DNA from: Thermoanaerobaculia bacterium
Lineage (GTDB): Bacteria > Acidobacteriota > Thermoanaerobaculia > Gp7-AA8
Assembly: GCA_035273585.1 (NCBI GenBank)
Contig: DATEOX010000746.1
Coordinates: 1-57,796 of the forward strand
Direction of reading: 5' to 3'
Length of the DNA: 57,796 bases
The notes beneath the pieces were generated by a model that worked only from the letters and a program-made list of their open reading frames with translations, was not told the origin of the DNA and did not search any database. Positions 27,098-34,960 of the stretch are shown here, one piece after another. Position 1 is the stretch's first letter. Each line of letters opens with the position of its first letter. The position numbers were made by a program, and so were the translations under genes.

Positions 27098-29851
27098 ATG
27101 AGCCCGATCGCCCTCGTCGCAGTCGTTCTGATCGGAGCCGTCGCGGCTTTCGACCGTCCGGCGCGAACGCCCGGAAATCTCACGCCCATTCAGCTGATCA
27201 GCGCCCTCGGCGCATGGGCGCTGATCCTCGCGAACGCCTCGGCCGTCGCGATCGCGATCCGGGACGGCTCCGGCGTTCTCCTTTGCACGGCGACCGGCAC
27301 GATCGCGATCGCGATCGTCTCGATGATTCGCCAGAGCACCGCCGCTCTTCCCGACCGGGACGCGCCGCAGTCGTTGACGCTCGTCGTCGATGATCTGAAG
27401 CGCCTGCTCGGCGGCGCACCGCGGCTCGGAATGGCGTCGCTCGACGCCGTGGTCGTTCATGGCCGCTGCCCCGGCGTCGGGGTGGCCGTGGCGCGGCAGG
27501 GACGGGTTGAAGTACGTGTCCGCCGCGACGTTGCGGAGTGGCTCGAGAGCCACCGCCGGCGCGGCGGCGCCGGGGCGGAGGTGGTGGCGAGCTTCGCGCG
27601 GTTCATCGTCCTGCACGAGGTCGCTCACGTCCTGAACGGCGATCACCGGACGTTTCGTTTCGTGCGCAGTGTGCTGATCGCGCAGCTGGTGTGGCTGCCC
27701 GGCGCCGCGGCGGCGGCCGCAGCCCGCGGGGTCGATTCGGGCGCATCCGGCACACCACTCGCGGTCGCCGCGTCAATCGCGTTTCTGCTCGTCGCGCAGA
27801 GCCTCGTGGCGCGGAAGTTCATCGCGGAGCGCGAGCGATGGGCGGACTGGCGAGCGATGCAGACGCTGCCGCCCGCCGATTCGGCGCGATTGCTGGAGCG
27901 GCGGGGGCGGCGGCGAAACGGCCGGAATCCGACCGAGCTCGAGAAGTTGATGAACGATCTCAAGGTCCACGCGTCGTCGGGCGGCGACGCCGGTCTGCTC
28001 GCGCGACTCATCGCGCTCGTGTGGCCGGACGGCGACGCCATTCATCAGCGGTCGGAGAGACTGGAAGGCGATCGCGCCGGCGGCGCACCGCGGCCGATGC
28101 TGTGGGCGGCGCTGACCGGCATGCAGTGCGGCTTCTTGTCGCTGTCTGCGTTGATGACCGTGATGCTCGCGATCCCTCCTTCGATGCATTTGCCGCCCGC
28201 CACCGTCGCGATGGCGCTCGTTACATGGATCACCGCGCCCGCCGTGACGTTCTGCGCCCTCCGCGTCGACCTCGCGCGCATGGCCGTACGCACGCTCGCG
28301 CTCACCGGCAGGCGTGTTCGCGTCGGCGGCGCCTTCTATCTGGCGTTCGCCGCCGCCGCGCTGACGTTGAACGGATTCCAGGCTCGCTTCGACGCCGCGC
28401 CGATGCCGGCCGTACTGCTGTTCGCGCTCCTGCTGATGGTCGCCATGCTGGTCGGTCTCTGTGTTTGGGCGTCGACCGTAGTCGGCATCCGCGACGGCGG
28501 CGGCGAGCTGCGGCCGACGCCGCGTGCGGCGTGGGTCGGCATGTTCCCGATTCTCGCCGGCATGGCGCTGGTGCAGGTTCCGTTGAGCGTGGCAGCCGCG
28601 CAATGGGTCGGCGCCGGTTCGTTTCGGAGCGGCAGGTGGGTTCCGGTGGTCCTTCTCTCGTTCGCGACCTTCGCGGTCAGCAGCGCGATGGCGAGGAGCA
28701 CGAGCCGGGTACTGCGCACGGCCGCTCCGATGGCGCTGCTCGACACGCCGCCGCCCGTCTACGGTTTCCGTGTTTTCTGGTGCAACTTCTATATCGATCT
28801 GTCAAAAACGACGCTGGCGCGCGCCGCGGCGGGCGCGATGGCGGTGCAACTCGCGACGGTGCCATTCTTCGTGCTCACAGCAGCCTTGATGATGCAGGCG
28901 GCGCTGCGCGGATTCGGCGCGGAACGCGCGATCACGGTCGCGTTCGTCGGCGCGTTCGGAGTGATGGCGCTCATCCTCGTCATTCCCGATCGCTACAGCG
29001 CGTACGGCGGCCCATCAGCGCGCCTGCTCGACACCGATCGGCTGCGGCTGTTCGAAGACCTTCTCGCCGCCGCGCGGGCCGCAAATCCGGCGGCGGCGGA
29101 CCGCCTGAACGCGTCATTCGCGCGGTGGATTCGCGACGACCGTTTTCCCGATGCGCTTCTCCCGCATCCGGAGGCCGTCTGGCCGCTCGCGCCGCTTCTC
29201 AGCCTCGTGCGTCTCGCGAGCGCGACCGGCGAGAGCGCCGCCGTCGGGCGCTGGCGCGGCCGGATCGAGCACGCTCTCCGGCAGATCGTCGTCGACGACG
29301 CAGTGGCGGTCGCACCGCGCCAGCCTCCGTCGCTTTACTGGACCGTGCTCGCCGCCACGATCATCGAGCAGGCAAACCTCCGCGCTGCGTTCCCGTTCGA
29401 GGCGATGCTCGACCGGATCGAGACGTTGGTCGAAGAGCGTTTGGAACGCGGCACCGCGAACCTCGTCGCCGATCTGGTCGCGGCGTCGCAGCTGCTGCGC
29501 CGCCACCGCCGCGCCAGCCCCGATCCGCAGCGCGTGCACGAGCTCGTGCGCACGTCATCGCTCGTGTCGCGTCCTCTGTTGCGCCAATCGCTGGCGGAGC
29601 TCGCCGAGCTCGCAGAGCTGACCGGCGATGCTGCGTTGCGCGAGCGGCTCGGGCCGATCGTCCGCTCGCGGATGTGGGAAGGCCTGCAACTGAATCCGCG
29701 GAAGGACGTGCTGCTGGTGCTCGACTGCTATCTCGCCGCCGCATCGCTCGGCCAACAGGACGGACGTCACGACGCCGCCGGCCTCGTCGTCGGCGAGCTC
29801 GCCGAGCGGATGTCGGAGGAGCTGAGTGCAGTCGTCGATCGCGTTCAGTAG
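27098..29851 (+). CDS. Cluster gene 10: polytopic membrane HExxH metalloprotease (M48/M56-like) with large C-terminal helical domain
   Basis: ATG at 27098, within the 1075-aa track ORF whose first part is an alternate frame of gene 9. LHEVAHVLNGDH (HExxH at 27614-27628). More than 10 hydrophobic segments. C-terminal 300 aa are Leu/Ala-rich and helical. Confidence 0.65.
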   Translation: MSPIALVAVVLIGAVAAFDRPARTPGNLTPIQLISALGAWALILANASAVAIAIRDGSGVLLCTATGTIAIAIVSMIRQSTAALPDRDAPQSLTLVVDDLKRLLGGAPRLGMASLDAVVVHGRCPGVGVAVARQGRVEVRVRRDVAEWLESHRRRGGAGAEVVASFARFIVLHEVAHVLNGDHRTFRFVRSVLIAQLVWLPGAAAAAAARGVDSGASGTPLAVAASIAFLLVAQSLVARKFIAERERWADWRAMQTLPPADSARLLERRGRRRNGRNPTELEKLMNDLKVHASSGGDAGLLARLIALVWPDGDAIHQRSERLEGDRAGGAPRPMLWAALTGMQCGFLSLSALMTVMLAIPPSMHLPPATVAMALVTWITAPAVTFCALRVDLARMAVRTLALTGRRVRVGGAFYLAFAAAALTLNGFQARFDAAPMPAVLLFALLLMVAMLVGLCVWASTVVGIRDGGGELRPTPRAAWVGMFPILAGMALVQVPLSVAAAQWVGAGSFRSGRWVPVVLLSFATFAVSSAMARSTSRVLRTAAPMALLDTPPPVYGFRVFWCNFYIDLSKTTLARAAAGAMAVQLATVPFFVLTAALMMQAALRGFGAERAITVAFVGAFGVMALILVIPDRYSAYGGPSARLLDTDRLRLFEDLLAAARAANPAAADRLNASFARWIRDDRFPDALLPHPEAVWPLAPLLSLVRLASATGESAAVGRWRGRIEHALRQIVVDDAVAVAPRQPPSLYWTVLAATIIEQANLRAAFPFEAMLDRIETLVEERLERGTANLVADLVAASQLLRRHRRASPDPQRVHELVRTSSLVSRPLLRQSLAELAELAELTGDAALRERLGPIVRSRMWEGLQLNPRKDVLLVLDCYLAAASLGQQDGRHDAAGLVVGELAERMSEELSAVVDRVQ

Positions 29852-30510
29852 GTGTTGACGCCGCACGAGAACATCAGCTGGAGCGCGACGCGCGGAGAAC
29901 CGTGGATGCTCTCCTTCACGATCGCGCGGTCGAAGAAGCGCTGATCGACGTCCGGCAATACGGCCCTGACGGCGTCGGCGATGCAGCGGCATTGCGGCTC
30001 CCCATGCTGTCCCGAATACGCCTCGACACAACCTGCAACGAAGCGCGAACTGCCGGAAGTTCGCTTCAGGTAGATGACGATGCCGCGCGCGAGGAGCGCC
30101 GCTTCCGGTCCGTTGCACGGAATGTCGTCCATCAGCGACGTTCCTGCCGCGAATACCGACGCGCGATCGGGCGGCGACGGCAGGCTTTCCTGAAGGCGTG
30201 CTTGCCGCTTCTGCAGGCCGATAGACAAAGCCGCCGCGCCGGTGAACCGCTCCACCAGCGCGCGGCCTTCCACGTCCCGCGGCAGCTTGCAGGACGTTCG
30301 CAGCCGCTGTGCAATACCCGCCAGGAAAAACTGCTCGTTCTGCGTGAACGCGTAGCGGCAACTTTCCTCGACGGCAAAGCGGGCGTCGCCGAACGGGAGG
30401 GATCGATAGCGTTCCGGTGTGGGGCCGCAGGCAGTCTGTGCGTTGGCTGCAACGCTAACGAAAGCCGCCGCTGCGACGATCGCGGCGCGAACATGCTGCG
30501 CCTTCGTCAA
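29845..30510 (-). CDS. Secreted Cys-rich protein
   Basis: Proposed TTG start overlaps the upstream stop (TTGA), giving MTKAQHVRAAIVAAAAFVSVAANA signal and 10 Cys. The 3' end overlaps the gene 10 stop by 7 nt (convergent). Start choice is uncertain. Confidence 0.5.
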   Translation of the reverse strand: MTKAQHVRAAIVAAAAFVSVAANAQTACGPTPERYRSLPFGDARFAVEESCRYAFTQNEQFFLAGIAQRLRTSCKLPRDVEGRALVERFTGAAALSIGLQKRQARLQESLPSPPDRASVFAAGTSLMDDIPCNGPEAALLARGIVIYLKRTSGSSRFVAGCVEAYSGQHGEPQCRCIADAVRAVLPDVDQRFFDRAIVKESIHGSPRVALQLMFSCGVNTY

Positions 30511-31907
30511 CGAAGCTCCGCACTCTGCAGCGCCGCGGCGTTTCGGACGAGCACGTCGTCGACATGCCTGACCGCTTTGTCGAGATCCCAGAAGCAGCGT
30601 TCCGCCCGCGGGTTTTCGCGAAAGAGAGCGCAATTCCCCGCCGACAGGGACGGCGGGCAGGTTGTTGCGCACCAGAAGTTCGCAACGGTCAGGAATCGTA
30701 CGGTCTCAGTCTCCTCGGCCTTCGCCAACGGCAGTCGTTCGTCGAGATCGCGCAGCACGGCGACGCATCCGTCACGCCACCGCACGTACGACGTCACGAA
30801 TTCGTCCGCTGTCCGCGAGCCGTACAGTTTCCGCAGTGTCTCGCCGTCAGCCCTGCATTGCGCGAGAAACGGCCGCAGCCGCGCTCCTTTCGAGAGCGGG
30901 CGCGGCTGCGCGGCGACGACGGCGGGCGGATCCGCCGGCGGGCGACGGGAACAGATCGCCAGCGGCATCGCCCTCGCGGCGCCGTCGACGTTCGCCTGCG
31001 TCGCGTTGCGTGTGAAGGGATCGCGGTTCGTCCGGATCCAACGGAGCACCGTTCGTTCGATGTCCACCGAGAGCTCGTTCACCGTCACGATTCCGGTCGG
31101 ATCGCTTCCGGCGCGGCATTGCAGCGCATCGAGCACTGCGCCGGTGAACACGCCGTTCTGCCGGACGTCATCGTCATATGCCCACTTTCCGGCGGCGGCG
31201 CCGTAAAGCACGACCTGGCCCGCCGTCAGTCCCATTTGCTGGATCAGGGGCGCGGCCGACAGCGCCTCGGGCGCCGTCGAGCGTTGCCGCCGCACGCGCT
31301 CACGGCAGGTGTCGATCAGGACGAGCGAGCGTGTGGCGATCGATGCAGCGACGAGGTCGAGAACTCTGGCGGCCGGAATTGCGGTGTTGGGCTCGCGAAA
31401 GAGCGAGTTCGCGGCCAGCAGGTACTGCGCGCCGTCGTCAGTGAAACCGTGCGTTGCGAACGAGACGATGAAGATGCCGGAGGCGCCGGCCAGGCCGGCC
31501 TGCCGGTTGAGGAGCTTCAGGATCTGGGACTGGCTCGCGGGCGCGACGACCGCGCCGTTTCGCTTCAGTTCCGCGAGCCGCCCTTTCGAGACTTCCTTGC
31601 GTGGGTTTTCGTCGGATAAGGCGAGCGCGACGCGATTCGGCCGCACCAGCGCCACGCGAGGATCGAGCGCGAAGACATACGCGAGATCGACGGCGTCGTC
31701 GACGGCATATGGCACGTTCTGGAGGGATTCGTCGTCGCCGAAAGTGCCGATTCCGACGAAGAGCGCGACGGATTGCGCGGGATCGAACGCGCTGCGCGCG
31801 AGCGTCATCGCGCCGCTGAGTGGCCGGACCGAACGCCCCTCCTGAGCGCTCGCAGGGAGCGCGAGCAGGACCGCCATGCCGCCGAGGAGCGGGATCAGCC
31901 TGTTCAT
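30507..31907 (-). CDS. Secreted caspase-like (peptidase C14 fold) protease with Cys-rich C-terminal domain
   Basis: Start MNRLIPLLGGMAVLLALPASA (signal). VALFVGIGTF..., His in FIVSFATHGF (31449-31451), Cys in LVLIDTCRE (31305-31307). This is the caspase His/Cys dyad arrangement. Confidence 0.7.
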   Translation of the reverse strand: MNRLIPLLGGMAVLLALPASAQEGRSVRPLSGAMTLARSAFDPAQSVALFVGIGTFGDDESLQNVPYAVDDAVDLAYVFALDPRVALVRPNRVALALSDENPRKEVSKGRLAELKRNGAVVAPASQSQILKLLNRQAGLAGASGIFIVSFATHGFTDDGAQYLLAANSLFREPNTAIPAARVLDLVAASIATRSLVLIDTCRERVRRQRSTAPEALSAAPLIQQMGLTAGQVVLYGAAAGKWAYDDDVRQNGVFTGAVLDALQCRAGSDPTGIVTVNELSVDIERTVLRWIRTNRDPFTRNATQANVDGAARAMPLAICSRRPPADPPAVVAAQPRPLSKGARLRPFLAQCRADGETLRKLYGSRTADEFVTSYVRWRDGCVAVLRDLDERLPLAKAEETETVRFLTVANFWCATTCPPSLSAGNCALFRENPRAERCFWDLDKAVRHVDDVLVRNAAALQSAELR

Positions 31908-32031
31908 CGCGTCGCTTTGAAAAGACACGGAAACGCCGTGAACGTGGGGGAACTTCGCCCGCGCGGCCCACAAACCAAAACGGCTGGTGTCTTTGAAAGG
32001 TACCGCCACTCGACACATCTCAGGAGGTCCG
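31908..32031. promoter_or_regulatory. Divergent intergenic control region between the caspase-like gene and operon 2
   Basis: 124 bp non-coding. CTTTGAAAAGACAC (31915-31928) and GTGTCTTTGAAAGG (31987-32000) share CTTTGAAA(A/G)G and an inverted GTGTCTTT arm. AGGAGG at 32022-32027. Confidence 0.35.
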
Positions 32032-32508
32032 ATGCCGCGTCCGATTCTCGGGGTTGAAACCCGCAGTCCTTCGCTCACCGTGAGCGCGGGGCCGCCGCAC
32101 GCGAAAACGAACCTCTCTCCGCCACAGATCGCGCAGCGTCTCCGCCAGAAGCGCTCTGCCGCCTATCTCGCGTCGATGCAACGTCTCGACGCCGGCTCGC
32201 ATGAACGAAATGCTGCCGGCCTGCAGGAGTTGCTCGACGCGATCTCCGCGGAGTTTCCGGAGCTCGGAGTCGACGAACGCCCGCTGGGCATCGTCTCGAA
32301 GTGTTTCCTTGGCGATCCATTCGAAGTGCACATCTGTGACCTCGCGGGCGGCATCATCGAGCATTTCCGGCGCGGGCACTCCATGCCTCCGCTGTTCGAG
32401 CGCGCCCGGTCGCTGGCGAAGCACGGCGCCTACGCATTCATCGAGATCTATGTCGGAACCATGCGCGCCGTCGCGGCGGACGGTTCCGTGTCGGTTCTGA
32501 ATCCCTGA
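32032..32508 (+). CDS. Operon 2 gene 1: hypothetical protein with N-terminal RPILGxE motif
   Basis: ATG 4 nt after AGGAGG. MPRPILGVETRSP.... No recognised domain. Confidence 0.5.
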   Translation: MPRPILGVETRSPSLTVSAGPPHAKTNLSPPQIAQRLRQKRSAAYLASMQRLDAGSHERNAAGLQELLDAISAEFPELGVDERPLGIVSKCFLGDPFEVHICDLAGGIIEHFRRGHSMPPLFERARSLAKHGAYAFIEIYVGTMRAVAADGSVSVLNP

Positions 32509-32525
32509 CCAGAGGAGAACGGTGT

Positions 32526-34247
32526 ATGTCGAATATCGTTGATCTGAGCAGCATCCACGCGCACCTCAACCGCATCGGGCACGACCTCGACGTCGTCAAC
32601 ACCAACGTCGGCGCGGTGTCGGAGCAGGTCGTCGCCGTGTACCGGCAGCAGGAGCTGACGAAAGATCGGCTCGACGACCTTCATCAGCAATTTCAGGAGT
32701 TCGTCGCCGCGGACCGGAAGGACAAGCAGAAACAATACGCCGCGACCGAGCTCGTACGCGTGCGGCAGGAGATCGAGCAGAAGTTCGGACACCACGAAAT
32801 CGTCCGCCGCACGACCACCGGCATCCTGCAGGCCACCGACATTCAGATGATCCGTCAGAACACGATTCATACCGTGACGGAGCAACTCATGGTCACCACG
32901 CCGAATTATTGGCTTGCGCCGGCGCTGGTGGCGTTGTCCGCCTGGGTCAAAGACGACCGCGCGCTCGCCGAACGAGGCGTTGCCGAAGCGATTCGCCGGG
33001 ACGACAACAAGACTTCGCTCTTCTTCGCGCTCGTCTGTCGCCGCGGCCGGCGCAGTGAAGCGCTGACGCGGTGGCTGAGCCGCTATTTTCAGATGCAGAA
33101 CCCGATGGCGATCGACCGCGAGGTGGTGGTCATGCTCGACGGCCTCGCGAACGGCGTGTTTGGCGGCGCTGCTCTGGTCGCCTGTTCGGGCGTCATCGAG
33201 CAATGGCTGGCCGAGCTCGAGGAACAGGCCGGCTTCCTCGACGATCAGCGGAAGCGCTGGGCAGCGCAGCTCGACGTGATGACGCCGAAGCCGGCTGACC
33301 GCGAGTACCCGACGCTCCGCAAATACGCCGGCAACGCGCCGCAGCTGCTCAAGGCGCTATGTGCGGCGCGCCGTAATCGCGTCGTACACGATTTTTTCAG
33401 CACGCTGTTCACCGGCGAGCTGATCGTGCCGCCGTCGATCGAGGCAGCATGTGATGCTCTGCTCGACTCGCTGGTCGCGAATTACGACGACGAAGAATTG
33501 CCGTTTCGCCGGGAGGAGCGCCTGCTCGCGCTGATCAAGGAAGATGACGGCGACAGGGACGTGGCGAAAGCGCGTTTCGACGCCGAGGCCGAAATCCATG
33601 AGGCGAGCACGAATTTCGCGGCGGTGCTCACCAATTCAGCCATGCATCCCGAACAGCTCGGCGCGACGCGCGCGACGCAGCGATACGCGGTGTCGCGGTC
33701 GCGCGAGTGGATCATGGCCGCGCACAATGACCTCGTCGCACGCGACCGGATGGACGTGCCGCGGCAAGCGCAGCTGACGGTCGCATCGTGGTCGGGAACG
33801 AGCGCCGACGGTGCGAACGAGAAAGTGCTGGCGGGCGATCTCCGGCGGCATTACGACGCGAAAATCGAATCGGCTGTCAATGCGGTGTCGCTGACTCCCG
33901 CCGCCTGGATCGTGCTGATCGCGGGCGTATTGATCGGCGGTCTGATCATGACCGGCGGCGGTACCGCGATTGCGGTCGGCCTCGTGCTCATCGCCGCAGC
34001 GGCGGCATTCTTCTACTGGAAGTACAACAATCTCGATCGGCAGCGCGGGGAGGCGCGGCAGGCACTGCAGACGGAGCACGATCAGGCCGCCTCCGTGCTG
34101 AAAGCCGCTCTTGCGGAGCTTGCCGATTATCGCCGCGAAGTTGCCGTCGAAGACGCGCGCTCGGCCGATGTGACGACGCTGCTCGAATCGCTCAGCTCTC
34201 CGCAGTTCGTCCTGCAGCGCCCCGAACAGCGCGTATCCGTTGCGTAA
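32526..34247 (+). CDS. Operon 2 gene 2: 573-aa helical protein with C-terminal double TM anchor
   Basis: Coiled-coil N-terminus; NYWLAPALVALSAW...KTSLFFALV region; AAWIVLIAGVLIGGLIMTGGGTAIAVGLVLIAAAAAFFYW hairpin. Family not recognised. Confidence 0.6.
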   Translation: MSNIVDLSSIHAHLNRIGHDLDVVNTNVGAVSEQVVAVYRQQELTKDRLDDLHQQFQEFVAADRKDKQKQYAATELVRVRQEIEQKFGHHEIVRRTTTGILQATDIQMIRQNTIHTVTEQLMVTTPNYWLAPALVALSAWVKDDRALAERGVAEAIRRDDNKTSLFFALVCRRGRRSEALTRWLSRYFQMQNPMAIDREVVVMLDGLANGVFGGAALVACSGVIEQWLAELEEQAGFLDDQRKRWAAQLDVMTPKPADREYPTLRKYAGNAPQLLKALCAARRNRVVHDFFSTLFTGELIVPPSIEAACDALLDSLVANYDDEELPFRREERLLALIKEDDGDRDVAKARFDAEAEIHEASTNFAAVLTNSAMHPEQLGATRATQRYAVSRSREWIMAAHNDLVARDRMDVPRQAQLTVASWSGTSADGANEKVLAGDLRRHYDAKIESAVNAVSLTPAAWIVLIAGVLIGGLIMTGGGTAIAVGLVLIAAAAAFFYWKYNNLDRQRGEARQALQTEHDQAASVLKAALAELADYRREVAVEDARSADVTTLLESLSSPQFVLQRPEQRVSVA

Positions 34248-34259
34248 AGGAGAAATGCC

Positions 34260-34427
34260 ATGACGACACCCGCACGACCGATTCTCGGAGCCGAGGTGGT
34301 TACACCGAAGCCGCCGGCGCCGCAGACGAATGTCCCCGCCGAGTTGCCCATTGCGAAAGAGCTTCCGCCGTGGGATCTCGTTCCGTCCGACCTGCTGCTC
34401 GTCCGGCGCCGGCCGGTGAAGAAATGA
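34260..34427 (+). CDS. Operon 2 gene 3: 55-aa Pro-rich peptide with RPILGxE motif
   Basis: GGAG lies 7 nt upstream. MTTPARPILGAEVVTPKPPAPQTNVPAELPIAKELPPWDLVPSDLLLVRRRPVKK. Stop overlaps the next ATG (ATGA). Not in the track (under 60 aa). Confidence 0.45.
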   Translation: MTTPARPILGAEVVTPKPPAPQTNVPAELPIAKELPPWDLVPSDLLLVRRRPVKK

Positions 34428-34954
34428 CGGCCACGGCGGCGCCGACGACGTACGCGGAGTGGCTGCCGCTCCTGGAGCGCTTCCGCGACGGCGATGACTC
34501 GGTGATCGAGCTCCTGCTCGCCGGCACGCTCGAGTGGACGAACATCGTGGCGGAACGCTGGACCGCCCGTGTCGCCGATGCGTTCGACACGAGGCTGAAG
34601 AAGGTGTCGTCGGGATTGCAGCTCGCGCTTGACCGCTCGCGAGGCGATCTCTTTTCAGTGTCGCAGGCGCTCCTCGGTGCACGCCGCGCGCTCGCGCCGC
34701 TCCATACCGCGGCCGCGCTCTCCTGCGCGCCGGAAAACGTGCGCGCACACTTCGCCGGCGAAGTGGCGCGCTTTGCGGCCCGAACGCAGGAGTCGCTCGA
34801 AGCGAGCGCGAAGCGCAATCGCGCCGATCTCCTCCTCAAGGCGCTCCGCGACAATCCGTTGACCGTCGTCATCCCTCCGCCGGTCTCTGCTGAACCTCAC
34901 TCCGCGACCGGTTCCGCCCCGCAAGACGGCCGGCGCCGCCGCGTTCTCATCTGA
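34424..34954 (+). CDS. Operon 2 gene 4: hypothetical all-helical protein
   Basis: MTATAAPTTYAEWLPLLERFRDGDD..., 176 aa. This is the in-frame tail of track ORF 33788-34954, whose upstream part is an alternate frame of gene 2. Confidence 0.55.
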   Translation: MTATAAPTTYAEWLPLLERFRDGDDSVIELLLAGTLEWTNIVAERWTARVADAFDTRLKKVSSGLQLALDRSRGDLFSVSQALLGARRALAPLHTAAALSCAPENVRAHFAGEVARFAARTQESLEASAKRNRADLLLKALRDNPLTVVIPPPVSAEPHSATGSAPQDGRRRRVLI

Positions 34955-34960
34955 GCGACC

